Below, piece by piece: positions 38,626 to 52,059 of a DNA stretch of 64,000 nucleotides; position 1 is the first letter of the stretch, and every line of letters begins with the position of its first letter. The DNA is taken from the NCBI GenBank assembly GCA_028534125.1, contig CM052816.1, positions 82,834,001 through 82,898,000 on the forward strand, in the 5' to 3' direction. The position numbers and the translations under genes were made by a program. This DNA is from Lama glama. Taxonomy: Eukaryota. A model generated the notes under the pieces. It was not told where the DNA came from, did no database searches, and saw nothing but the letters and a program-made list of their open reading frames with translations.

Positions 38626-38889
38626 TGAATCCATGATTCCCATGGCTTGTACCATGATCCTTATCACTCAATAAGCTCTAGTCCTGATATTCTTGTACAA
38701 ACTACATTCTCTGCTGCTTCAGGAACATGACAATCAGTGAGAGCTCTTCTTCAATACCCTGCCTAAAGGAGTAGCTCCACCACTGCTTCTATTCCCTCGG
38801 TGTCCCTTGCAATCATTTTGTTCACTTGGACGATTATCACTTTATTGTTTTTGTTATTCTATGATGTCAGAAGCCACGACTTGCTACTT

Positions 38890-40160
38890 AAGCAGTTTTT
38901 GATTCCATTCATTTTTCTCAATTTTTTTTAATTTCCTTGATTGATTTCTGCTCCTATTGTCATTAATATTTTTTCTTTCTGCTTGATTCGGATTGAGTTA
39001 TCCTTTTTGTACTAGTTTCTTAAGGTGAAATCTTAGATTATTTCTTTGAGATCTTTCTTCATTTCTAATACGGGAATTTATGAGTGTACATTTTCATTTA
39101 AGCACCCTTTTAACCCCAACTTCCACAAATTTTAATGTATTTTATTTTCATGCTCTTTTATTTAAAAAATATTTTCTAATATTCCTTGAGGATTACTCTT
39201 TTATCCATTAGATTATTTAGAGGCACACTATTTCCAAATATCTGGGGTTTTCCCACATATCTCTGAATAACTGACTTTTGGTTTAATGGCAGATGATGTA
39301 CTTTGTATGACAAATTTTCTCGTAAGATTTGTTTTACAGATGAACATGTTGCTCTTGTTGGGCACATTTGATTGGTTTTATACTGTAGCCGGGTACACAA
39401 TGCCTCTGATTTGTTATTAGTGCTCTGTTCAGTTCACATGTAGTTCAGGGATAAGCCTGAGACATGTGTCCGCTCAGGTACACAGTCAGCATTTCCTACT
39501 CTCCGGTTCCTTGCTCCTTCCTCTCTAGACTCTCCAGATGACAGAGGCCTCTTTTTGTGGTCAGAAACACTGATTTAGCTCAAGGTTTTAGCCCCTTGTA
39601 CGACTGTGGACATTCGTGTAACTGATTTCCTCTCACAGGAAAGCAGCAAGAGAAAAGTAGAAGAAAAATATTAAGAGAGATTTCTCTCCAAACTCTTCAG
39701 ACTACAGGATCTCATTTCTCAGGTTTTCTTGCCTGAAGGAATTTAGGTGTCAGCGTAGCTGCACTGCTACCATCCCTGACACAACGGCAGTGGGATTCTG
39801 ACATGGGATGCTTGGCCAGTGCTGGGAGAGAGATATGAGGAAAACAAGAAATTCCTCCCCACCCTACACTCAATGTCTCACAGAGGCCTTTCCCCCAGAC
39901 TTCTAGATAGAAAGAGATGATTTCTCTCAGAGTTTTTACTGTCTGTGCCTGCAAGCAATTCTGGGATTCAACTACCTTCAAGTCAAAGCTGGGATCTAGA
40001 AAGCAGAGATCAGAAAAGTCATAGTGGTGTTTGTCATTCTTCAGAATTTGACTTTCCACTCCAATTTATGTAGCTTCTTTATGTATTTAGTTTAGAGTTT
40101 TTAGCTGTAATCAATGAAAGAAATAGCATATAGTGGGCTAACTCTATCTCCACTGAAAAT
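38890..40160 (-). mobile_element. Old L1M fragments (ORF2 and 5' region), antisense
   Basis: ctagtttcttaaggtgaaatcttagatta..ccattagattatttagag..tttttagctgtaatca. Confidence 0.7.
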
Positions 40161-40620
40161 GTAAAACCAATGTAGTAATTCAAATGATGTAATTCTATTG
40201 ACTCAAATATTATTCAGAGTAGATCCAATACAAATTACTTAATCAATTCTAGGGAAAAATACTATGAATAAGGTGCTTCATCTTCATAAATCAATGAGTA
40301 AAATCTCTGATAAAATTAGAATTCAACAGACAATCTATCTAAAGTTAACAAAAAGTAAACCCATCTTAAAAGCTCTGCACAATAATTTTAATAGAGAGTA
40401 TATACTTTCAATTACATCGAGAAATGGCACCACCAAAACAGTCAATAAAATACTTATCTCACATTAAAAATATAAATTACCTTGTTACCTGAATTAAGCA
40501 TAAGTTTGAGTTGAGTTCAATATTGAAATGCTTATTTCAAAGAGAGAGCTAAATTTCATACATAATTTAGTTACAATTTTAACTATATTTCTCTTAATAT
40601 TTTTGTTGTCATTGGGGCAG

Positions 40621-40666
<46 letters not shown>

Positions 40667-40673
40667 CCATCAT
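40621..40673. repeat. (ATC)n trinucleotide microsatellite at a MIR end
   Basis: ~17 ATC/CAT units; a MIR-like antisense tract follows to ~40900. Confidence 0.95.
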
Positions 40674-41199
40674 GTTAAGTTTATTTTGTATATGTACTAT
40701 TTTCTAGGTACTTTGTTCGACATACATTTCTCATTTAAGGATGGCAATCATGTTACGAACTAGGTTCCTCATTTCATAAATCAGACTACTGGAGCTTAGA
40801 AGGGATACACTTTTCACCCCAAGTTCTATAGCTCTTACGTGACTTTTCTGGAATACAATTAAGCTGTATCAGACACAGAACCTAAACTCCCAACAGTAAG
40901 CTAGAAACATTCCAGTTAGGAGTCAACTGTCTTATGTTTTCTGGCCTGTTAATGTGAAAGAGTAGTGTAAGTGTGGAATGGTTTTGTAAATAGGGTGTAT
41001 GTTCTGAGTAAATGTGAAATTATTACTCTAAATAAAACAACATCTAGGATTTTAAACCTTTGTTCTTATTAGTCTGTCCTAGTTATTTCCATTTGTTTTA
41101 ATATAATATGTCTGTGTTTGCTCATTATTACTGGCAAAATCTACATAGCTCCTGAGTCACTGCTTCAAGTGTTCACTTAATAGGGGTTTACAGGAAATA

Positions 41200-41700
41200 C
41201 CAAATAACTGTATAATGAGAAACTGTTTTTGACCTTAAACAACAAACAAATTGGAACTCCTTCCACCATAGTATATTTAAAACACCTCTCTTGGACTGAT
41301 AAATAAATGAAATAATCTGTGAACATGTAACTGATAAACAAACTGTCCAACATATATGTTGCAAACAATAATGTCAATGATGACTTTGTTTGTGTGAAAT
41401 ATGTAAAGTCATACCTCGCTAAGTTTGTTATACTCATTAAACATTGAAAAGAAAAGAAAAAAACATTGAAAAGAGATAAAGTTATTGTGTATGCACTGTT
41501 ATACAGAAACATCAAGATATTTTTATTAAATTAGAAAAAACAAGGTATACAAGAAAATATAATTTCAAGTTTTGTGTAAGAATGGTCAAAATATAAAATA
41601 TGTAACATAAATGTTGCTAATATCTGCAAAAGAACACTGAAAATATACATAAGAAAATAATAGAAGTGGTTGCCAATAGACTGTAAGAGGTTAAGATTTA
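41200..41700 (+). mobile_element. L1ME-type 3' UTR remnant
   Basis: tgataaataaatgaaata..aaaaaacaagg..gaaaataatagaagtggttgcc. Confidence 0.5.
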
Positions 41701-44700
41701 GGCTTGTCTTCTCAGTGTGTCTTCCTCACAAAGCAGTTTTATTAAATAAACAATTTTAGTTCTAGATCTTGCTGTCAGTTGTAATCTCCAATGATTTCTT
41801 TCTTCGAGTTACTTACCTAATGAATCATTAAGAGCAGTTATTCTGAGTAATTTTGTTAAATTTATATTAATCTCTGAAATATAATATTATGCAATGTCAC
41901 AATTCCCAAAAATGAGAGGCTAGATTAATGTTAAGCAACAGAAAAAGTGAAAACTATTAAACAATGCTTGCTTAATTTTCCAAAAGTTATAACATACAAC
42001 ATAAACAGCTCCTATGCAAATATCAAATTCAATAAATAATCCCAGGTAATGCATGTGTATGTTTAAGGCTATAATATATGAATATTCAATATTCATGATT
42101 ATATGAGAAGCCAAGACTGTGGTTCTCAAATTCTTGACTGTCAGGAAAAGTTTTAATCCATAATGAAGTTTCCATCAAAGCTAAAGAAATAAGAAATGAA
42201 GAAAGTGCTTCTTAAAAACTAAGTTTTTATGATTTGAAAAACTGTCATTAGACTGAAACTGCTATTTCTAATTTCTGATATTTCTTTTGTGACCTATTGG
42301 TAATAAATTACTTTTGTTTTTGCTTTTAATATATTAACTCAGAAAAAGTGCAACTTTATGTGACTCCCTGGCTCCTCATTTTTCTAAATGGTTCAAAAAT
42401 CCCAAAAGTCTAGGAATCACCATCTTACAGAAATTGTAAAACACCAAGCTGTAGCAGCCAGGAATTATATTCATAATGTTACACAGGTAATAACCATATT
42501 TATGATCATGTATAGATTTTGTTTCAGCTACGTCCCTACTTGGAAGTTACATTATTCCCTTGAAACAAAAGGAATTTAAAATCTGCCTCTCACTTTCACG
42601 TGAAGGTAAAAGCAAAAGCAGCAAAGAATGGGCTCAGAGAGTCACAGGGTTGCAAGGTTACACACATAAAGCAAAAGTCATTTTCTTTTCTGAGCAAATT
42701 AGAGAAAGTGTCATTCTCTCTTTAGCAAGAGAGTTAGATACATTCTGCATTTAAAACAGGAATTTTGAGTAACTGTGCGAAGAAGTGAATGTTTTTGTTT
42801 AAATAAATAATTATTTCTTTCAACATGGAATCACAGAAAAGTTAAGCAATTGCTGATAGCATTAAAAAAAATAAACAGTTAGACCAGAGCAGATTACACT
42901 CTTCTTTTCTAAGGATTTAAATTAATCCTACTAGGGAGGGATTCTGATTTATTAACAGAAGGGCACTTCGTATTTAGTTTGTTGTTTATTATTATATTTT
43001 CCTGGCTGTTACAAAATACACTGTAGTTGATCTTAATATACCAGTTAGTTCGAAGATACATGGATGGGATTTGAAGAGAAGGGCAGTCTTCTTGAGTGTG
43101 ATGTCAAAGGCACAGCGACCCTGCCAGCTGGCTGGCCCTCTAGAGAAAGGCCACTTCATTTAGTCATCAGCTCATGTCTCAAGCTGTCCAACTGGGATGT
43201 GAACATATTGACAGAAGGGTACCGTGGAATTCTCCCAGCTCGGAAGGAGGGTAGACTGTTTAAGCTGCTGCTTGTGACCCAAACGTTTCTAGGCTTCCAG
43301 TTGATTTCATTGCTTCATGTTATATAAGCTGTGTGAATTTTATTAACATGGCTTCATTGAATTCAAATGTTTGGATTCACAGTCTCACTCCGTGACAAAA
43401 ACCAGCTTTAACAAATGGAAAAAGGTATCTTAAAACATGTCTTTCATAAATGAATTACTATGTCATGACTTTTTCACTTACGTAAACTTCTTTCATTTAC
43501 ATGGCCTTTGAAAATCATATTACTGTCAGTCACTGAAGATATAGAACAAATTCTATGTGGATCCTCAAAGCTGTGTTACTAGATTAATTTAGCAGTATAA
43601 TAAATGGAATATACATATAGTATTTTATTTATTGTTTTATTTAGCTACTTCTTTGTCTCAATAGAGTCCAAATAAAAGAATATTGTCAGCTTTATTTGAT
43701 ATAGCTGAGTAATTCAGGGGTAATAATGCAGACAAAAGTTGGGGGTCTAGAGTAGTCATATCAGGTAAATAAAAGCAAAACAAAACAAAGCCTTTACAAA
43801 ATGTTCCTTTGCCAGAATTTTTCTTTCTGGTTACACCTAATATTAAATTGGTATGATTTTTTTGATAAGATCAAGTATGTAAAACAAGATATTTTAGGAA
43901 TTTTGGAATTTTCATAATACTTACTAATTTTATAGGGAAGTTCTCTACTATGTCTTATATATTACAGCCATGAATAGTGTTCAGAAGTATGCTCCATGCT
44001 GTAACCCACACTAGTTAGCAACAAAATTCATGTTTAGAAATATTGGGGGAAAGTTTAATGAAATATTCGGTGTATATTGTTATTTATTTTTTTCACTCTG
44101 TGTTCTTAGCAATGCATTCATTTTTTCCTTCTTTTTATATTCTGCCCTTTTTTTTTCCTTTAGTGTTGGCTGTGTTTTGATATATGCTGAAGATCCAGTA
44201 ACTATTTTTCTGGGAATCTGAAAGGTACTCGGAGGTTATAATTCATAGTCCACAAGAGAATAATCCACCATTTGCAGTTAGTTATTCACACTAGTTTGGA
44301 AAGAAATCATGACTCAAAAAGTTCCTTTGGGGAAAAATACTTTCCCTTCATTTTTTTGAGTAGCCTACAACCTAGAATCCACGGTTTTACTGTCACTTCT
44401 CATCCATTAGTTTGAATTAAATAACCTTTCCTCAAGAAAGGGCCAAGTCTCAGCCAGTGGTTTTTCCTATATTTGATTCCATTCATTTTCAGAAATTCTT
44501 AATAACGCATGGTGAAACTCCCCTTAGCTGCAACATAGCAAAAGGTTTCAGAGAATTGATCTGATAAAAGGTTCACCGGGTTCATGAAGTTTCTTCTTCT
44601 AAAGTGTCCTCATACGCTCATGTGCATGGCTCAACCCTTTTATAGTTCATCATTGTAAAAATACTACTCCTGAAAAACTTTGAATTTGTCATGCAATCCT

Positions 44701-44939
44701 TGAATGGATTAAAAGGACCTAGATTTCAAAACATTTTAACGGGACTGTTAGACTAACATTTTACTATATTTGAAACCTGTTTTGTAAATGAGATCCTAGA
44801 GAAGAAGACGATTTTCAAACTAACATGTGGATAGCAGACTGATATGGCTCTATAACAGCCCAAGTAATTTTTCTACACAATGTAATTTTGTGAAATAGTT
44901 GTGATCTTTTGTAGAAAATGAGTATCATTTCTTAATTTA

Positions 44940-45270
44940 ATTATTCAGTTGTTTGTTCCTTCAACAAATATTTGAGAGCTTATTGTGTGTCAAGTCCTAT
45001 GTGTCTGTTATGAAGAAAAAATTCACCTTGTGTTCCATTTAATGTACTTTACATTCTTTGGGGCTGAAATAAACAGATACACATCTGTGTATAGCACATT
45101 TTTCATAGACATATTGCTCATTAATTTAAAACATACCTCATGCCAAGCACTATATTGGTTCCTGGAAACAAAAGAATGACCAAACAATCTAAACAAGAAA
45201 AAATAACCTAAAAAAATCTGATTATGTGCTACAAAATATAATGGATCCTAAATGAGGACACAATTAACTC
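44940..45270 (-). mobile_element. L2 3' fragments (antisense)
   Basis: ttccttcaacaaatatttgagagcttattgtgtgtcaag; catgccaagcact. Confidence 0.6.
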
Positions 45271-46589
45271 CACTTTGTTGTTCTTTTAAGTATTTAAAGA
45301 AAATATAAACCTGGCATATCCAAGTAAGGAATACAGTGTCAAATGTGAATAGTAGAAAGTGAACTGACCTGAGTACAAGAATCTGAAGTATTATTTCTTT
45401 TATACCAACTGTGCAAACCTACTTTCTGGTGGTTTCACTAGCTTCTGCTATGAAGTATATAGTTATAATGCTATAGGGAGACACACCCAAATCTGGTTAA
45501 TGTTAGGTTTGTGTTTGACCAAGCTCACTAGAAGTTCACTACAGGAATATGACTAAATTTAGTTTGTAGTATAAAAGCCTAATTAAGATGAACTGTTTTG
45601 ATCCTGAATGAAAGACAGAGCTGAACGAAATTCTTCATGAGGTTGGAACTCAGCCACCATTAATGCTAATGGGTCAAAGAACAGCAGAATCAAATTAAAA
45701 GAGCCTGTGATCACTTTGCTCATATGTTCATTTAGTGTAGGTTAAATTTGGAATTTATGACATAGAATTTTATTAGGAATATATATAAAAATTGTGTATC
45801 TAAAATATTTTTTAAAAAAATCAACTTAAATAGGCTCAGTTTAGAGTCTGTGAGGACAACTATGTTTTAACCACTATGCTAAATAATTTTTTAACCACTT
45901 ATAAATGTTTATGGAATTCTGGTGACAAAACAGGAAAAGGAGACCATAAGAAGATGCTCTTTCACTATTTTTAGGTCTTTTCCAGAGAATTAGATAAAAA
46001 TTTAAATTTATTCAGAAAATTTGATTAAGAAAAAAATCCCACACAGTTTGTAATTTATATGTGTATGCAAATTACCACATGATTATTTTTTACCATGTCT
46101 TTGTTATGCTTTTTTTTCATGGGCTTGGCTTTTAACACGCGTGAAGAAGTGATGATAGTATCTTTACTGTGGGATCTAAACCAAAGGGGGTTTAAATACT
46201 TGATCAATTCACTTAGCCAAGGGGATACTAACAATAGCCTCTTCTCACAATTGGACTTCATTCTGATGTCAATGGAGCTCTGGTTAGCTAGGTCTAATTG
46301 GATTTTCTACATAAATCAATTGATCAGAGCTTGTTAAGACTGCCAATAGCAGTTCTCCCACTTACTCTCTTTATCCTGCTCTGGCATTTATGGCTTGTAA
46401 ACTTGTGCTCAAGCAGAGCTGACTGACAGGTTCTGATTGTACAGGAGAGGTTCACTCACTCAATCTACAAAAAACAGGAATGTTCTACTGTTTGCTATAA
46501 AAGTAGTTTATTTCTTTTTTCTTTTTGTTTCCAGAAGAAATTTTCTGGCATGGTTTTTACTTATTGCACAAAAACTCAGGTGCTTCTGA

Positions 46590-46790
46590 GTGAGCTGGGA
46601 TGGGTATGAGCTTTGGGGCTATTGAACCCTGACATTAACCAGCTAGTTCTCTTAGTTTCTCACTGTATTTTTATTTGTCATCTGTAAAATAAGAATCATA
46701 TATGCATGAATTTCAGGAAGTTATATTATGTGATTTAAAATATATATAATGCCAGCACTCTGGTACAGGTATTTCAAAAAAATTAATTTC
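46590..46790 (+). mobile_element. MIR
   Basis: tatgagctttgg..tttgtcatctgtaaaataagaat. Confidence 0.55.
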
Positions 46791-47014
46791 ATACTATCCT
46801 TCTTCAAAGTCTTGAGTTCTCACTGAACAAATGTATAATATCCATCCTTTTAAGTGGGGGAATATTGTAGTCTCATTAACACTTCACAAAATATAGGCAT
46901 TGTGATTTAGCCATCAATTCTTTTGACAAAAATCCAGAGCTTCTGCATGTTTTTGGGTAAGTATTTTGTTCTCTGATTTCTAAAAACTTTTATGAAAAAT
47001 AACCTTTTTAATTA

Positions 47015-47745
47015 AAATCAACCTAGAAGAAGTAAACAAGTTCCTAGAAATGTATAATCACCCAAGACTGAATAAGGAAGAAATAGAAAATATGAAGAGA
47101 CCAACTGCCAGTAATGAAATTGAATCAGTAATTTAAAAAAAAATTCCCAACAAACGAAAGTTCAGGACCAGACGGCTTCACAGGTGTATTCTACTAAATA
47201 TTTAAAGGGTGAAAACCTATCTTCTCAAATTATTTGAAAAACTTGCAGAAGAAGGGACACTTTTTAAGTCATTCTATGAGCACAGTATCATCTTGACATC
47301 CAAAACAGACAAAGATATCTCACACACACACACACACACACACACACCCCACACAGGCCAATATCACTGATGAACATAGATGCAAAAATCCTCAAAAATA
47401 TTAATAAATCAAATTCAACAATATACGAAAAAGATTATACACTATGATCAAGTGAAATTTAACCCAGGTATGAAAGGATGCCACAATATCCTCAAATCAA
47501 TCAATGTGATACACTACATTAACAAACTGAAGAACAAAACCATTTGATCATCTTAGTAGATGCAGAAAAAGCATTTGAAAAATTTTAACATCCATTTATG
47601 ATAAAAACTCTCACAAAGGGGGCATAGAGGGAACAGACCTCAACATAACAAAGGCCATATATAATAAACCCACACCTAACATCATACTCAATGGTGAAAA
47701 GTGAAAAGATTTTCTTTAAGATGAAGAACAAAACAAGGATGCCCT
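47015..47745 (+). mobile_element. L1 ORF2 internal fragment (pre-RT/RT) with (CA)n insertion at ~47320-47347
   Basis: aacctagaagaagtaaacaagttcctaga..caggaccagacggcttcacagg..ggccaatatcactgatgaacatagatgcaaaaatcct..atcatactcaatggtgaaaa. Confidence 0.92.
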
Positions 47746-48057
47746 CTCCCTCCAAGAATCCCACTGAAATGACACATGTCAGTATGGATTTTGCTGAAAT
47801 TCTGCCTCTGATTATAGAACTATTTGTGGATTCTGATGGACCACCACTTTCTTATGATTTTTTTTTATCTTTGTATGTGATCATGGATTTCTTAGCCCTG
47901 ATAGATATTACCATCAACCTGTTTCAATATGCTTTACATCTTCCAGCTTTCATTATCTGTCCTTATTTCTTGTAGCTATTGCTTCTTATTTTCCAACTCT
48001 ATGATCACATTCCTTTTATTTTTGTACTTCTTTTATGTTTAATCCTTCATGGCCTAA

Positions 48058-48187
48058 TTTTTTTGGGGGGGTGGGGGGTGGATAGGTAATTAGGTTTATT
48101 TATTTACTTTTAGAAGTGGTACTAACAATTGAACCCAGGACCTCATGCATGCTAAGCATGTGCTCTACCAGTTGAGCTACCCACCCC
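48058..48187 (-). mobile_element. Vic-1-type SINE
   Basis: aggtaattaggtttattt..attgaacccaggacctcatgcatgctaagcatgtgctctaccagttgagcta. Confidence 0.9.
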
Positions 48188-50410
48188 ACTCCTCCAGCAA
48201 GGTACAATATATTTCCATAAGAGAAAAGCACAATTTAATATGACCAAGTATATACATGGAATCCAGAGGATGGTGCAGACTTTGTGTTTGTTTTTAATGT
48301 TTTCCCTCTGTATTTATCAATCCTCTTCAGTCTACACTGAGTTATCTACCTGTGACATCAAGGAATTCCTCCTCTCTGTGCCCCTTTATTCTTCCTTCAA
48401 TTCAGAATAGTCTCAAATTTTTTATACTTCTCTTCTCTTTCTGGGGGTCCTAATTCTTCCTCTCAACCCTGATTCCAGCTCTCCATCCACAAGGTTTAAT
48501 TGATTTTCTCTTCAAAGAGTCAGAAGAGGAAGCAGCTTCAGGTCCTTCAGGTGTGTCACTGGGGGTTGGAGGAGGGAGGTGAGAGTGAACAAAAACTGTC
48601 CAATATACACAGATAAGTCAGAGATTTATGTTCATGTCAACTCTACTTTTATTGTTAATGCTGCTTTTATTTTGTTAATAGTTGCAGAATTTGTGTTGCT
48701 TTTTTTTTCATCTTAACAAAGGCCATCTTCCCTTTTTCTAGCTTGAGGGAAACCAAGGCCTTGGGAAGTATTTTATAAAAAAACCTTTGTCCAGGAAATG
48801 GATGAGAAGTTTAGCAAAATCCATACTGACGTGTGTCATTTCAGTGGGATTCTTGAAGGGAGGGGCACTAGCCATTAGCCCTACTTATTGAGTCGGGTTT
48901 TTAATCTGTAATATTTCATATTGAACTAGAAATTGTAAAAGGAAAAGACAGATAAGATGAAAATCACATGTATTTGAAAAAATGTGATATTAACTAGGTA
49001 CAGTGAATCTACTGTAAAGACAGTCATAAATACAAAAATGGGTTTTGCAAAAGATAAAATATTTTTATAGTATGTTATAATGTCAAAATTAAGTATCAAC
49101 CAAAGTATTTAAATACTCTTTCGGGATATTTCATAATCAATTCCAAATTAATTCAGCCAAAATATAAAATTTAAAGATTTTTAAGCAAAAGATGAAACTT
49201 TGAAAATTACTTTTTACTTTTAATCATCTTTTATTAATCCTGGTAGTCAACAGAAAGGGGTCCACAATTTCTAACTTACAATCCTCCCCTATGTCTTAGA
49301 CTATTTGTTTCCTTCCTTCTTTGATGATATACTTCAGTAGCCTACTCTCCTTGGATCCAGGAACATAGTTGAAAGGCAAAAGCATCTGAAAGCATCTTAC
49401 TGACAGGTTTTCCGACTGAAAAATGCAGATAGTTCTCCAACTTAATAGATGTTATTTGGTATTTATTATTATTAGTATAAAGATTCCTGATTAGGAACAG
49501 CACACAGAACAGTTTTAACACCCATATCTTCGTCTGTTAAAGAGACAGCTCTTCTTCAATTATGACAAGATTATCAAGTTTTCCAGTTTGAGCAGCAGTA
49601 TCGGAAGACTTTCACCATATCATACGGTAACAGAGAGGTAGAAAATGTTAGTGTTTACCTACAGGAGATGTTTTCCCTATTGAAAACATTACCTATATAA
49701 ACTATTTGTTTTACTACTGAGTCACTTTCTGTTTTGTTATCCCTCAAAAGATTGCTGAGATTCACTATATTGTTGACATTTGCAGACAAACATTCGGTAT
49801 GTACTCATTCTATGCACTGCTTTTCAGATAAGGAAATCTCATTTTGCTCAAATTTACCATAACTCAACTATCAATCCTTTGAATTTTATTAGACTGCTGC
49901 TTATTTTGAAACACTCATTATTGTTTAAAAGTATGTAAGTGGCATACTAAGTAACCCAATATCCCATCTTTTAATTTTATAATTAGAATGCATTCAAGCT
50001 GTGCTTCTGAGTTTTCCTAATGCCCTAAACACTAAATTGGAGTGTATTCAGAAATCATACATGAAACAGAAAATCTTGAATTAGTAACTTAAAGTTTAGC
50101 TTTATACACCAAGGAGTTTTACTCATTAGCAGGTAATTTAAATTATTTTTCTCCCTACCTTTTTCACCCCAGGGAATGCTAAGCTTGTTTTTCAAACTCT
50201 TCTTCTGAAATATGAGGGGCAAAACTAGTACAAAAAGTCAGAATTCAAAGACACACAGAGATCCTTTAGCAGCCCTGATTTGAACTCTTAGTATCAATCT
50301 TCTGTGTAAGCATAGACTAGGTTGTCACGGGCAAGGCAAATTCTTGAAAACTACATCTGCAAAGAGTTTTTGAGCATGAGCATATTAGGGCTTGTCTCCC
50401 TTTGACCTCC

Positions 50411-50739
50411 TGCATTGACTCGCTGAGACTGGTTTAATACAGTACCGCAGACTTTTAAATAACAGAAGCTTACTTTTCCTCACAATCCTGGAAGCTAGCA
50501 GTGTAAAGTCAAAGTACAGTAGGGTTGGTTTCTTCTGAGGCTTCACTCCTTGGCTTGTCTTCTCTTTGTCTTCTTATAAGGACATCAGTCATACTGGATT
50601 AGTGCCCACCCCAAGATCTCATTTTAATTTAAATATCCTCTTAAAGACCCAGTCTCCAAATACAGTCACATTCTGAGAAACCGAGGATTAGGATTTCAAC
50701 AAATGAATTTTGACAGGGGACACAATTCAGCCAATACCA
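50411..50739 (-). mobile_element. MLT1A/B-type solo LTR
   Basis: ctggaagctag..gggttggtttcttctgaggc..cttataaggacatcagtcatactggattag..gggacacaattcagcc. Confidence 0.85.
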
Positions 50740-51535
50740 CACTCACTAAACTTCCTTGTTACAACAGAAATGATCCTAACACAACCCCACCCACGGCTGA
50801 CTGCGATGAAGCAGTGGAGCTGAGTCACCTGCTGTGTTACGGCTCACACAGGTTAACAGTGGGACCAGCATTCCCTTAGAGAGCTGTGGTTGGTAATGAC
50901 AACTCTGAACGTCACAAAGTCTGCCCAGTTGTGTGGGTGGGCTCCTGACCTTTAATGTCTCTTACAGCCTTGAGATCTTACAACCTTTCCTCACAAAATA
51001 AATGTATGATTCAGAAATGGTAATATTTTCTACAAATTCAGCGTGGATAGGGGCTGGACACGGATGACATAAAAAAAAGAAGATTGAATTTGCCTTGTGA
51101 AGTATTCATAGGCTTTACTATCCAGCACAAAAATACATGACTAAGTGCTTTTTCAAGTTTTTGCTAAGCCAGATATCTGAAGAATGCTCAAAGATGTTTT
51201 ACTGATCTATAAATGCTATGAGTTTTGCTGATGGAATAGCATATTTTGCACAACTTAAATTCTTGCACACAAATATATAATTTATAATGATTCTATTCTG
51301 GGTTTTTTTTTCCCACCTAGTAGATTTTCCCATCCAATAAATAGCAGCACCGGCTTTTGTGTTCTTATTTATGTATGTTGGCTGTAGATACAAAGTTGCT
51401 GAGGTGAGCACTATCCCAAAATTTAAATTTAGATTCTGAAAAATGAAGCATGATAATGTTTTAAATAGAGTAACTAAGAACTTCTATATTTGCGCCTATA
51501 TTGAGAACCATGTCTTTGAAAGTTATTGGAGGTGG

Positions 51536-52057
51536 AGGAAGTATCCTTTGGGATCAGCCCAAATAATCATGCTCTTGTGATTCCTAGGGCTTCCCTCACT
51601 GATGTGCCCTTACAGGGTCTGTCCTTTCCCACTGGTGTTTTAGATTTTGTAATTTGTCACCCAGTCTTTATTGTAAGACAGCCCCCAAAGTGCAATGATA
51701 ATACAAACAATAAATATTTCTCCCCTAAAATATCAAGGGGCTGGATGAGGCAATGGGGATTAAATCCTTATCATTTCAGAATTTTATTATTCCACCTTTA
51801 GGTAAATATATTTATTACTTAGCCTTGTGTAATCCTGCTGCATCACCCTCTACTAGAAAACTGGATTTTGCTAGGGTCTTTGGCAACTGGATTTTCAACT
51901 CAAATCATGTTATATAGAAGACTGATATAAAGGATTGTAGCATCAGTTCAGATGACCATTTCACTATAAAGCCTCAACACTGTAAATATATAATTTACAA
52001 TCAAGGAAGTTTCCTTTGGGATGAGTCCAAGTAATCATGCTCTTGTGATTCCTAGGG
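51536..52057 (+). repeat. 54-bp direct repeat (51536-51589 and 52004-52057)
   Basis: aggaagtatcctttgggatcagcccaaataatcatgctcttgtgattcctaggg vs aggaagtttcctttgggatgagtccaagtaatcatgctcttgtgattcctaggg (4 mismatches). Confidence 0.95.
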
Positions 52058-52059
52058 TT

